A DNA stretch of 64,000 nucleotides from positions 104,408,001 to 104,472,000 of the forward strand of contig OX597821.1 in NCBI GenBank assembly GCA_951406725.2. The letters run 5' to 3'. Each line of letters starts with the position of its first letter. The first letter of the stretch is position 1. Under the pieces are notes generated by a model that saw nothing but the letters and a program-made list of their open reading frames with translations, made no database searches and had not been told where the DNA came from. The position numbers were made by a program, and so were the translations under genes. Origin of the DNA: Octopus vulgaris. Lineage: Eukaryota. Positions 1 to 12,467 of the stretch are shown here, piece by piece.

Positions 1-51
1 AAACTAAGAGAAGAAACACTCATGCTAATTAACAACAACGATAATAATAAT

Positions 52-237
52 AATCCTTTCTACTGTAGGCACAAGGATTGAAATTTTGGGGAAGGGGCTC
101 AAATAGTACTTATTTCATCGACTTCGAAAGGATGAAAGGGAAAGTCGACCTCGGTGGAATTTGAACTCAGAACATAAAGACGGACGAGATGTCGTTAAGC
201 ATTTCACCCGGCGTACTAACGTTTCTACCTGCTGGCT
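52..237 (-). mobile_element. SINE family B (tRNA-like head, core gtcgactttgcctttcatcctttcggggtcgataaa)
   Basis: Reverse complement matches the plus-strand copy at 23768 onward (ttctgagttcaaattcc...gaggtcgacttt...cctttcatcctttc). Confidence 0.8.
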
Positions 238-244
238 ACATTAC

Positions 245-950
245 ACTGACAGCAGAAGCCTTAATATGTGCAGCCCAAGAGCGAATTGCGTCAAACACAG
301 ATTACACAACACCGTGAAAATACACAAAATGAGTGACAAGTTCAGAATTTGTGGAGGGAATAGGAAAAACTCTACGGCATATTACAAGGAGATGTAAACC
401 ACAAAGTCAGAAATAATATAACTGTCAGCATGATAATAGGAATAGTCGATTGGGCTAATTTGACAGAACAAGAAAGTGGTACGAACACAACCTGAATACA
501 TTATCGAAACGATAAGGCAAAAATCCCATGTGACTTTAAAATTCTTTGTGAGCATGAGATAAATGACAGGAAGCTAGATATAGTAATGATTTAGAAATAA
601 AGCAAACAGTACTGGATCATAGATATAACATGACCTGCTGACAACAAGGCAGGTGATAAAGAACTAGAATAAATATAGAATTGACAGTTTGCCCTTAGAG
701 GTTCAATAGTTATGGTCTCTGAAAAAGGTGGCAGTAACACCAATAAATCTTGGAGTCTTCGCCAATGTAGAAATATTGAGAAGCACAATGAACGTTCAGG
801 GGCTGCAATCGGAGGTAAGTACTCGAATGCTACGGAAAGTGGTTAAAGCATAAGGGATGTTTCTTCAGTCCACAAATAGCTAACATGTGACGCTGAAATA
901 CATCTTCAATGTTAGGAGATGAACGAATAAAAATAATAATAATGATAACA
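245..950 (+). pseudogene. Decayed 3' end of an R4/Dong-like non-LTR retrotransposon (restriction-like endonuclease domain)
   Basis: Manual translation across stops and frameshifts gives AEALICAAQE, SDKFRICG, KWYEH, PEYIIENDKAKIPCDFKILCEHEINDRKLDIVMI, WIIDIT*PADNKAGDKELE and LWSLKKVAVTP. This follows the WDF..RRPDIV..IID..P.D..KE.EK pattern of RLE-type elements. It ends near an AAT run at about 930-950. Confidence 0.7.
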
Positions 951-1159
951 ACGACCTTAGTATCTAACTGATTTTTAAAATTATTTTATCAAACCCGAAA
1001 TCAGGAAAAGTAGTAAATCACAGCGGTGTTTGAAAGCAGTACGTTAAGAATAGAGAAATGTATTGAAGCAGTTTGTCCGGCAGAGTAACGATTACCACAA
1101 CTCGGCTTCTTTGCAGCAGCAAGAACAAAAGTAGTAGTAATAATAATAATAATAATAAT

Positions 1160-1278
1160 CATTTCTACTAAAGGCAAAGTCGACCTCGGTGGAATTTGAA
1201 CTCCGTATGTAATGACAGATAAAAGGCCGCTAAGCATGAGTCTACGCGTGGTAACGATACTGCCAACTCGCCTCCTTA
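1160..1278 (-). mobile_element. SINE family B, partial
   Basis: aaaggcaaagtcgacctcggtggaatttgaactc...ctgccaactcgcctcctt. Confidence 0.7.
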
Positions 1279-1557
1279 AAGAAAGAAAGAAAAGAATCGC
1301 ATAATCTCTCTTTTACTCTTTTTTTTTGTTTCAGTCAATTGACTGAGGCCATGGTGGAGCACCGCCTTTAGTCGAGTAAATCAACCCCAGGACTTATTCT
1401 TTGTAAGCCTAGTACTTATTCTATCGGTCTCTTTTGCCGAACCGGAACCGCTAAGTTACGGGAGCGTAAACACACAAGCATCGGTTGTCAAGCGATGTTG
1501 GGGGGACAAACACAGACACACAAACAAAGACGAACTTTCAAATATATATATATAATA

Positions 1558-2195
1558 TAGAATAAAATTTTTCGAAAAAAATTTTATCAACGGCCAGCAT
1601 ATTAAAAAATACCTTTAAAGGTTAAATTTATAAACAACTTATAAACGAGGGCAAAAGAAAAAAAATCTTTGGCATTAGAATTTCTTTTTCTTTTGCCCTT
1701 GTTTACACGTTGTTTATATATTTAACCTTTAAAGGTATTAGTTAATATGCTTGCCATTGATAAAATTTCTTTGAAAAATGTTATCCTACATTAGATGTAA
1801 ATTTAATAGTGTTCACTTCCGGACTCTCTCACTATATGAGAGTTTTCAGTTCAAATCGCACGTGCCTCGAATTGGCTGCTGAATTTCTATTTTGGATATA
1901 TTTGGGGTACTTATTTGTGCTCATAACTTAGTGTTTGCTTCTTTCATGGGTATAAGTAAGTATTTCATTCATTTCTTTGCCGCATTTATCACTGACGAAG
2001 AGAAGGTCTTATGAATTAACTCTGAAATCGGTTCCGATGTGATAATAACGAATTTTTTCAGAAATTTCTGTCGGCTTTCTTCAAGACGCGTGCTTATAGT
2101 GATGAATTATATGGTTATGGACGATGTGTCTAGTTTCAGCATATTTGGAATTAGAATTTTTTTCTTTTGCACTTGTTTATAAGTTGTATATATAT
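1558..2195 (+). mobile_element. Non-coding Penelope-pLTR/retrozyme-like repeat with inverted 5' arm and hammerhead motif
   Basis: Homologous to 38705-39241. Terminal direct redundancy 1675-1720 vs 2150-2195; inverted arm 1558-1666 vs 1680-1788; TA-rich flanks. Confidence 0.65.
1986..2045 (+). ncRNA. Type I hammerhead ribozyme motif (cleavage position is G, so probably inactive)
   Basis: TTATCA-CTGACGA-AGAG..CTCT-GAAA-TCGG TT CCGA-T-G-TGATAA. Confidence 0.65.
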
Positions 2196-2386
2196 ATATA
2201 TATATATATATATGAATACAACGGGCTTCTTTCAGTTTCCGTCTAACAAATCTACTCACAAGACTTTGGTCGGCCGAGACTATAGTAGAAGACACTTGCC
2301 CAAGGTGCTACCCTGTGGGATTGAACCCGGAACCATGTGGTTCGTAAGCAAGCTACTTAACTCACGGCCACTCCTACGTCTATGAT

Positions 2387-2797
2387 AATCCTTTCTACTG
2401 TATGCACAACATACGAAATTTGTGGGAGGAGTATATCGATTATATCGACGCCAACTGGCACTTAATTTATCGACCCCAAGAGGATGAACGTTAAAGTCAA
2501 CCCCGACGAAATTTGAACTCAGAACTATGCATTTCGCTCGGGAGTGGTCACGATTCTGCCAGCTCTTCGATTTAATCATAGTACTAATAATAATGCTAAT
2601 CATTTCTACAATAGGTACAAGGCCTGAAATTTGGAGGATGGGACTGGTCCGACACTACAATTTCACTGATACCTAATTTATTGATTCCGAAAGGATGAAA
2701 GGCAAATTTGACCTTGGCTGTATTTGACATCAATACGAACTAAATACCGTCACGCGTATCGCCCGGTGTGTGGACGATTCTGCCATCTCGACACCTT
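2387..2797 (-). mobile_element. Two adjacent degenerate SINE B copies
   Basis: Each has the taatttat(c/t)ga..cc..aggatgaa..aaa core and an AAT-rich end. Confidence 0.65.
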
Positions 2798-2803
2798 AAT
2801 CAC

Positions 2804-2861
<58 letters not shown>

Positions 2862-3795
2862 TTAGTAATAATAGTAACAACAGCAACAACCATAATGGTA
2901 AGGATGGCTATGAAAACAATAAATGTGTTAAATAAGACAATTTATGTTGACATGCGTGCATTTGTGTGCATATATATGCTTCCTTGTGGTTTGTAAGCGC
3001 CACTCATTCTGAGTGTGTTAATGTGTTTTTGTGTATGTTTAAGCATAAAATCTGGAGATTTTGTCTAACAGAGGACATGACACGTTCATGGTGAGCAGAT
3101 TTTAATTTTTTCCTTAACAAATATAATCGTCATCATGAAACATACCAAAGAAAATTTCATTTAAACAAACAACAGTATATATATAATTTGATTTTAAATG
3201 TAATAAACTAGAAAGATTTATGTGGAAAACATGATCAGGAATTCAGCAAAATGTACGACAAGGGATAAAAGAAAAAAATGCATAAATATTGATATTTGTA
3301 CGTAAACCATTATATCTGGTAGCCAAAAAAAACGAAAAATTACTATTTTCTCATCAACTTGTCTTCCGTCGTATAAAATATTCCGTTTCTCTTATTTGCC
3401 TTCTGAGCATTTTCCTGGTAATTTCTGCTTCTGTTAAACACACACACACACATAGACACACTCAAGGACATACACACTCACAAACACACACATAGACACA
3501 CTCAAGGACACACACACAGAGTCACCCACATATACACACGCGCGCGAACATATATTTGTTGAACTGACTGTTATTGATGCAATTAGAAAAAAAGCGTCCA
3601 TTTAAAAATTGTCAATTCTCTCTGTTCATTTGAATTTGTGTGCGCATATGTATTTGCGTTGGCGAGGATGTGTGTCTGTGCCCTGGTCTATGCGTGTACG
3701 CATGCGTGACCTCTGTTCAATGCTCTCATAATTCAATTAAGGAAGAACGTGTTTTCAAATAACTAAATACATCCATATGCGTATACAAATGAAAC

Positions 3796-3855
<60 letters not shown>

Positions 3856-3962
3856 GTGTGTGTGTGTGTGTATGAGTGTATATCTATGTATATATATATA
3901 TATATATATATATAGTAGAAATATGTTACGAAAAGAAAAGAAAATACACGTGGAAATGTAAG

Positions 3963-4382
3963 GGTAAAATATGAAAAATCAACGAAAATGCATATTGCAA
4001 ATAGGAAAAAGGCTATTTATGACAGGTAGCGACAAATATATACATTTAGAATTACTGAGGTAGTAATACGAGTCATAAAGCTCATTATTATGAGATGATT
4101 ATAAGATGATAATAAAATAAGAGAACAAAACGAACCAGTGATTTACGCGAACTACTCATCGTTTGAACAACACCGGTCTCATATTAACCGGTTATATTCA
4201 ATCGAACCATTGGTTCGTTTTGTTCTCTTATTTTATTATCATCTTATAATCATCTCATAATAATGACCTTTATGACTCGTATTACTACCTCAGTAATTCT
4301 AAATGTATATATTTGTCGCTACCTGTCATAAATAGCCTTTTTCTATTTGCAATATGCATTTTCGTTGATTTTTCATATTTTA

Positions 4383-4384
<2 letters not shown>
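3963..4384. repeat. Near-perfect long inverted repeat (arms about 175 bp, spacer about 70 bp) near (TA)n tracts
   Basis: 3963-4137 is the reverse complement of 4211-4384, with one mismatch and one 1-nt indel that I could see. Confidence 0.95.
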
Positions 4385-4440
<56 letters not shown>

Positions 4441-4445
<5 letters not shown>

Positions 4446-4800
4446 AAGAAGGTTTGAAAATGCAATTTAAAAGATGTTTATTTACTTAACCGGTTATATA
4501 TATATATATTTGTTTTATTCTTTTCTGCCAATTTTTCCAAATATTCTCATCACACTATTGAACTTTTTTATGCCCTTAACATATCTCTGTTACCAAACAC
4601 TATATTTATACATGTAATGTGACAATTGTGTATAAAAAAACATTTTTGAATTCATAATATTCAATGTGACAATTATGTAAAAAACTTTTTTGAACCCATA
4701 ATATTCAATGTTACTTTTGACAATCTTTTACCAAAGAGTGAAACCGGTTAAGTAAATAAACATCTTTTAAATTGCATTTTCAAACCTTCTTTCATATATA
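4441..4800 (+). mobile_element. TA-embedded repeat with an inverted copy of about 55 bp and a degenerate hammerhead (4711-4755)
   Basis: 4443-4497 is the reverse complement of 4742-4796. Motif: TTACTT-TTGACAA-tCTTTT acca AAGAGt-GAAA-CCGG-T-T-AAGTAA. Confidence 0.55.
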
Positions 4801-4829
4801 ATTCCACTCGTGCGATACCCAACAACTCA

Positions 4830-4898
<69 letters not shown>

Positions 4899-5184
4899 AT
4901 ATATAGATGCAGACTGGCTGTCTGACAAGAAGTTTGCTTCCAAATCACTTCAATGGCACCTTGACCAAGTGCCTTTTGCTAAAGCTTTCTGAGCTGGTGT
5001 GATTGATGGAAACTGAAACAAGCCCGTCGTATACATACATACATAGATACATACATACATACATACATATATATATGGCTATGTATATATATATATATGT
5101 GTGTGTGTGTGTGAGTGTGTTTGTATCTATCTACCTTTCTATGCCTCGCTATCTATACACACACACACACTCACACACACGTAG

Positions 5185-5372
5185 TGAGAATTTTGAAACA
5201 CACAAAAGACGAAGACGAGTGTTTAAATAACAAACAGATATATTAGTTTAACTCTTGGGAAATGAGAATGTCTTTTACGTTTCGAGCCTACGCTCTTCGA
5301 TAGAAAGGAACACAGAAATATACAGGAAGAGAAAATAGTAATAGATTTAGTGGCTAGTGATCTATAGAAGGC
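5185..5372 (-). mobile_element. Short repeat (about 190 bp) with a minimal hammerhead-like motif (5272-5307)
   Basis: Homologous to 7497-7683. Minus strand reads CTTT-CTATCGA-A-GAGC GTAG GCTC-GAAA-CG-T-A-AAAG. Confidence 0.6.
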
Positions 5373-6330
5373 AGGATAAACTGATAAACAGAAAGATACA
5401 CCGACTGAGAGATATGTAGACATATACACACATCGATATATAGATATTGGTCTGTATAGCTCCGTATATGGATACAACACCTTTCAATTCTCTTTTCTAT
5501 CGCTCCATAATCAGCCATTTTGGGGCAGATAAATTTTGGAAAGCGTTAATCTAAGTGCAATTTAAGTACAGTTATATTGATATTTCTAAATAATTGCGCA
5601 AACATTAACAAATTCAATCGTTTGATTCTTGAAGATATGTCGCTATGTCTGAGTATGCACGAAATCTTCAATGAATGTCATTTATTTCTTTATCAACGGA
5701 TGTTATTCTATTGAAGAAATGAAAATATTATCTCAGGTAAGATACATCTATTCTTCACATTGGATACACTATGTGAATAAATGAATATTGTTTTGGTCGG
5801 TTAGTCGTGTAAGTAAAATGAAAGATTAAATTGAATAATATATAAGTTTACAGATATCTACTATGAATTATTGATGTCTCATATATTAATAAGATTCGTT
5901 AAGCAAACTTAGATAACATATCTAAAAGGATAGCCGTAGCAATAGAGAAAATATCTCAGATTTTAAACATCTAATATTCTTGTAATTAAACAGAATATCG
6001 TTGTGCCATTAATATTCCAAATGATATCGTTAATGCTAATAACAGAGGAAAGTTAATATTCCTAAAAGGAGAGCAGTAGCTGAGGATTTCTTAAATAAAT
6101 AATGATGGATAATTTCCTTCTTGGAAACGGCAGCGATCGATAATTTTGGAAATCAAATATTCAAACACCGTTGCAACCGTTTTAAAATGCTAGGAGCGCA
6201 GGTTATGAATGGCGATGTTTCATTTGCACGTCACGATTAAGTAAACGAATGCCTGCTGCATATGAATGAGACTTCTCAGAAGTCTTTCTTTTCTGTTATT
6301 TATGTAAATATAATTGATAAGCACATACAC

Positions 6331-6648
<318 letters not shown>

Positions 6649-6892
6649 CCACACAACAAAGGCTGAGACACGCACACTCACGCATATATTTATGTGGGTG
6701 TATTTGAACACATTATACATTATTTGTTTCGGGATATACGAGTGCTTACTGTATTTCTTTGACTATCCAACCAGTTTTTCTAATTTACATGTAAGATGAT
6801 ATGCTACGCATGCATAATCATGTATTTGTTATGAAGCATATTGTATTGTATATCATTTCTTAGAATATATATATATATATATACATATAAGT

Positions 6893-7352
6893 AGGAAAAA
6901 CAATTAGTTTTAAATCCCTGAGTGAGAAATAAGTAGTAAAAATAATACAGAGTAAAGCTTATTTGCCGACGTAAAGTAACAGCCCCGATTAGGCACAGTA
7001 AATTGGCAGGCCTGATTAGGACGGGGTTACTACCTTTCTTACCCTCAGTGGAAACCATCTTTTCCAGCAGGCTATCAACGTGAAGCTGCATCCTTATACC
7101 TCGAAGAAGGGAGCCAATGTCCCCACTCAGACTTAAACGGTGCCTGCAGGTCAGTGCTTTCTGGATTATTTCCCTTCATCAGCACAGGATAGCTTTGGCT
7201 AGAGACAGCAGCAGTAGGTCTTGCTCGAGATATATTGTTTAGAAGTGGCTCACAATTACTGATCTTTTAAGGAGGAAAGCAATTAGTTTTAAATCTCTGA
7301 TCGAGAAATAAGTAGTAAAGTGACAGCCCTGATTAGGCACAGCATAAATTTG
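6893..7352 (-). mobile_element. Repeat unit of about 380 bp plus a partial second copy, with a hammerhead-like motif (7143-7188, minus)
   Basis: Direct repeat 6893-7007 vs 7273-7352. Minus strand reads CCTGTG-CTGATGA-aGGG aaataa TCCa-GAAA-gcactgacc-TGCAGG. Confidence 0.5.
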
Positions 7353-7496
7353 ACTAGAGGTGGCATCACTAGGCCTTGTGTGAGTGTGTGTGTGTGTATC
7401 TATCTGTTTCTCTCTCTCTCTCTGTCTCTCTCTCTTTCTCTATCTGTCTGTCTGTCTGTCTCTTTCTATCTCTCTCTCTCTATATATATATATATC

Positions 7497-7683
7497 GAAA
7501 AATTTTTCAAAAAGACAAAAGACGAAGAGTGCTTAAACAACCAACAGATGTATTTGTTTAACGCTCGGGAAGTGAGAAAGTGTTTTAGGTTTCGAGCCTA
7601 CGCTCTTCGGCAGAAAGGTACACAGAAATAAACAGGGAGAGGAAATAGAAAAAGTTTTAGTGGCTAGCGATCTATGGAAGGCT
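7497..7683 (-). mobile_element. Second copy of the 190-bp hammerhead-like repeat (motif 7582-7617)
   Basis: Minus strand reads CTTT-CTGCCGA-A-GAGC GTAG GCTC-GAAA-CC-T-A-AAAC; aligns with 5185-5372. Confidence 0.6.
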
Positions 7684-7819
7684 GGACGTTGTAATTTTAA
7701 AGCAACAGACAATCTAATGTTTGCTGTGGACATTAGCTCCTTTGTTCGAGACATAAGGACGCAGTTGTGCGTCGATGACCAGCTGGAAAAGATGTTCGCC
7801 TGGGGCTAAAAATGATATC

Positions 7820-7820
7820 A

Positions 7821-7904
<84 letters not shown>

Positions 7905-7980
7905 GTCTATCTGTCTATCTATATATCTATCTATCTATCTATCTATCTATCCATCTATATATCTATCTATATATCTATCT
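7820..7980. repeat. (TATC)n microsatellite
   Basis: Direct reading. Others at about 18145, 23353, 32984 and 38554. Confidence 0.97.
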
Positions 7981-8889
7981 ATGTTTCTATTTATCTAATT
8001 ATCTATTTATATGTCTGTGTGCCTGTCTGTCCGTCCGTGCGTTCGTCAGTCTGTCTGCCTGTCTGTCTATTCATTTAGCTATTCAGCTATGTGCGCACAT
8101 GCACAGAGTTTCTGTTATTGTATACGATTCGGCCGGCGTTGGAGACCTCATTGCAGTATTTATTGAATCTAATAGAGAACATAGACAGGCGCATAACTCA
8201 GCCGATCACAGAGATGAAAGCTAGGTAGCTTCAAGGAAAATTAAGTGCCAAGCTAAGGAAAAATTTGCAGGAAATTAACGTGGCAAAAATAGTCATTGTC
8301 GAAAACTTAAAGGTGCGATTATATATATATTCATAAGTATTTAAAAGTTGTTTTTTTCTATCCCAGACGAAATTAAGTGATTAATGTCTAACATCAAATA
8401 ATGAAGTGGTGATATATCCTAAGATGGGTATAATAACGCCGTCATATTGTTAATAGCACAGCCCCTTATAATGCGGTATTACTGAAATATGGTTTCAAAG
8501 AAAAAATAATGAATTCTCTTCCGAAGACTAACTTGAGGAGATTTTGTAGGAACATATATGTGAATTGATCTTGAATTCAATGTGAATTTCTCTACGAATG
8601 CAAAATGCGGCGTCTTTGTAGCAATCAGGCTACACTTCCAAAAATTACTCTTTTTAATGTGCATAGTATTGCTTAGCCTGGTGATATAAAAAGGCTGCAT
8701 CTGTACCGTGTTGTTGCTGCCATAACGTCGCAGTTCTCTTAAGTTCTGCCTACAAGTTCTCTTAAACGCAGTTGAGATCGCTGCATTCGACTCGGCTCAG
8801 TGGTTGTTTTGATGACTGTAAGAAATTTCTTAACTAAGGTGTCCTAACGCTGAAATATATATTGAAATATCAGGTACACGCTCGATCGT

Positions 8890-8994
8890 TGGCTGTGTGG
8901 TAAGAAGTTGTTTCCTGCCAAGGAGGCGGAGGACTCCTCAAAGAAGGGCCGCAAGAGGAAAAAGGTGAAGAACAATGGGTGCTCACCGAAGGAT
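8890..8994 (+). mobile_element. SINE A head fused to a fragment of Tx1-like ORF1
   Basis: tggctgtgtggtaagaagttg followed by AKEAEDSSKKGRKRKKVKNNGCSPKD, which matches AEKAEDSSNRGRKRKVSNNGCSPKD at 44543-44617. Confidence 0.75.
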
Positions 8995-9114
8995 CCTATT
9001 GACCATCGACCTATATTATTGTATTTTTATAACTTACAAGATTTTGGCTTAAATAATTTAAACACCTGCAGACACTCAAACGCACGCACACAGAGAAAAT
9101 ATAATAATAAATCT

Positions 9115-9185
<71 letters not shown>

Positions 9186-10032
9186 GTGTGTATGTGTGTA
9201 TGCATGTGTGTGTGTGTGCATACACACAAACACATTTATATATTAAGAGAACGGGAATAACAAAAGAGGCATATATTGTGTAGAACACTACGGTACATCT
9301 TTATCAGAAATAGATCACTGATGAAAAACTTCTTCAGAATTTCATTAGGAGGCATTGGAGCATACATAATAAATACTGGAAGGAATTAGTTACATGTAAT
9401 CCATTAAGTTTTTTCTATACGAAAATAAGCTTGAAGTATGAATCTAACACAGTCGTAAAGTTATTAGGGTGTAACGAAGATGGAAACACGTAAAAGGAAT
9501 TTTTTTTATTTATGTGAGGGATTGAAATTTATTTAAAAGATAGAAACGAATTACTGATTCCTTATTGAAAATGACTATTTTCATAGAGTTAAACGATGGG
9601 TTACATACATATGATTAGTGCTGCAGCGTTAGCGCGCCTGGAGCTCAATATCGATTATGTAATACATATAGCGAACAGAGAAAGACAGAAAATTAATGTG
9701 AGATAAATAGTTGAAAACTAAAGTGAAGATAATAATACACACAAAATCATCCACTTCCTCTTTTATTAAGTGGAATCTAATGACAGAAATTTCGAGTGCA
9801 AAAATAACGTACCCATTTATTCATAATACAGTCTGACATATTCAGAGAAAACACCACGTTCTCTTAGACGCTGTGTTCGTTATGCTTATCATGAAAAAGG
9901 AAGAGGTATTCTCCGACGACGAAAAGCAACAGAGATCAGATATCCTCGATATAATCTGCATAGACGTATTGTGAACGAAGTGATATGTTGCTGTGTGGAT
10001 GCTCGCTTTACTGCGTTGTACTTTATGAATTA

Positions 10033-10440
10033 GGCACAGGAGTTGTTGTGTGATAAGTAGCTTGTTTACCAACCACATGGTTCCGGGTTCAGTCCCACTG
10101 CGTGACAACGTGGGCAAGTGTCTTCTACTATAGCTTCGGGCCGACCAAAGCCTTGTGAGTGGATTTAGTAAACGGAAACTGAAAGAAGCCCGTCGTATAT
10201 ATGCATATATATATGTGTGTGTATATGTTTGTGTGCCTGTGTTTCCTCCCCCAACCGACATCGCTTGACAACCGATGCCGGTGTGTTTACGTCCCCGTAA
10301 CTTAGCGGTTCGGCAAAAGAGACGATAGAATAAGTACTAGGCTTACCAAGAATAAGTCCTGGGGTCGATTTGCTCGACTAAAGGTGGTGCTCCAGCATAG
10401 CCGCAGTCAAATGACTGAGACAAGTAAAAGAGTAAAAGAG
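10033..10440 (+). mobile_element. SINE family A, full length (tRNA-like head, internal TA/TG microsatellite, gtaaaaga tail)
   Basis: ggcacaggag..gtgtgataagtagcttg..ggttcagtccc (A/B-box-like) ... cagtcaaatgactgagacaagtaaaagagtaaaagag; many copies in the window. Confidence 0.9.
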
Positions 10441-11384
10441 AAAAAATATGGAAATACATAGGTCCTTAAAACATTAACATTTAAACAGAATGGGTTTTAG
10501 ATGATAAATTGTTAAGGCATTGTCAAGCAAAATGCTTATTTGACATATACGAATGGGTAAAGAATATAAATTAAAAGAACGACATTTCGCTCGGAATCAC
10601 AAGACATAATGTTTAGGTGAAAGGAATTCTAAAAACTGTTCCTGCTGTGACTGCAAAATACATGCAATGAAGTAGAATATAAATATATATTGCAGAACGA
10701 GTGGAATTTGTGACGTAACACCTATCCACTTGTGTTTTCAGAACAAACATATATGCATTATAAATATCATAAATATCCATGCACACATACACATATATTG
10801 ATACTTAAATAAAAACAGACATACATACGTACATACAGACACACGTTCATACATGCAGATCCAATTCATCACTTTCCTGAAGTTTAGCATTTAAAATATG
10901 TATGAGCATGTCTAGATATGCAACTGAATGTATGAGAAAACATAAAACATAAAAATCTGCTCATAAACATACATGCACACTTACATACATACTTATTTAC
11001 ATGCATACATACGTATACACCTACATACAAAAATGCCCTGTTGTTGATGTTGAAAGTATAATCTAGGATAGAGACCGGCTCATTCTCTATTGGCAAGAAA
11101 TCTTAAAATATAACTGAGCAATGACATACGTACATACGTACGAATATACAGGGACGCGTACATACATACATGCAGACAGACTGGCACAGACATACGGACA
11201 GGTATATAAATATTTAGTTTCGAATGAGATATTTGAGATTGTATGAATAATACACACGAACACAGCCACTTGCGCACGCCCACATACACACACATACAGA
11301 TAAACGCACACCTAACATACATTTCTACACGCCTGCACACACTCCAGCGTTAGATGTGTTGTAAGAAGATTGTTTTCTAAGTAC

Positions 11385-11472
11385 GCATTGGGTAGGTGTC
11401 TTCTGCTATAGCTTCTGGCCAAGCAAAGCCTTGTGAGTGGATTTGATAGACGGTAACTGAAAGAAATCCGTC

Positions 11473-11475
<3 letters not shown>
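11385..11475 (+). mobile_element. SINE A fragment
   Basis: gtgtcttctgctatagc...aaagccttgtgagtggattt...actgaaagaaatccgtcg. Confidence 0.7.
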
Positions 11476-11516
<41 letters not shown>

Positions 11517-12030
11517 CATATATATAGAGTAGCGAATATTCAAATTTTAAAATAGTGTACATTTAAACACAAAAGAAATTACCCTTTAGCAGGTAATTTT
11601 ACATGCTAGAAGAAGTAAATAAAAATAACCGCAAATATAAATAACAAGGAATGACTTTTCATTTTTCATTCCTTCGAAAATTGCTATTAAATGGTGGTTT
11701 TGGTTGTGTTGGCGGCATTACGTATATCTGTAGCTTATGAGTTCAAATTTTGCCGAGTAGAATTTGTCTTTCATTTATCGAGATCAATAAAATAAGTTTC
11801 GATCGGTAACCTATCTGGATGTACTGGACTTACACCTTCCCATGAAATCGTGGGCCCTTCTTTCAATGGAAACGAGAAATAGTCTTGTATAGGAATATAG
11901 AACCAGGCATCTCGTGACTATCGAGGGAAAACTTAAAGTGTGGCATCCTCGTCATCTTCCCCAGAAGTGAAAGCGATAACGGATAAATCTCCTGAAAATG
12001 ATGTATGACATCGTCCATAATAGTGAATGT

Positions 12031-12467
12031 AGCGGGAGGTCATATTGTCTCTAAACTAGCGGGAATCCATATTGTCTCAAAGCTAGCAGGAGATTATATT
12101 GTCACGAAGTTAGCAGGAGTTTGTATTTTCTCGAGGTTAGCGGGTGGCCATATTGTCATGAATTTAGCGGTAGATTATATTTTATCGAAGGCAGCTGGAA
12201 TCCATTGCAGGAGGTTATATTTTCTCGAAGCAAGCGGAAGACGATATCGTCTCGAAGTAAGAAGGAAGGCATGTCGTCTTGAAGTTAGTGGGTGGCCATA
12301 TTGTCACGAAGTTAGCGGGAGATTATATTTTGTTAAAGTTAGCGGAAGGTTATATTTTCTCGAAGCAAGCGGGAAGCCATACTGCCTGAAAGTTAGCAGG
12401 GGGCGATATTGTCTTGAAGTTATCGGGGAGTCATATTGTCTCGAAGCTAGCGGGAGGCCGTATTGTA
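12031..12467. repeat. Degenerate 27-bp tandem minisatellite, about 16 copies
   Basis: Unit approximately agcgggaggycatattgtctcgaagtt, repeated every 27 bp. Confidence 0.9.

Larger units (their letters stand above)
1308..2380 (-). mobile_element. SINE family A split in two (3' half 1308-1526, 5' half 2219-2380) by an insertion into its internal (TA)n
   Basis: The two halves are reverse complements of the two halves of the intact copy at 10033-10440. Confidence 0.8.

Noticed and set aside
4138-4210. Hammerhead in the spacer of the large palindrome
   Set aside because: No CUGANGA plus GAAA arrangement on either strand.
8680-8870. TATAAAAAGG promoter or LTR-like stretch
   Set aside because: A single short motif in AT-rich DNA, with no partner LTR or downstream gene.
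9843-10032. Possible host exon (open in two plus-strand frames after cag)
   Set aside because: No recognisable protein motif or splice donor.
12031-12467. CRISPR-like array
   Set aside because: Units are contiguous and degenerate, with no unique spacers and no cas genes, in a eukaryotic context.
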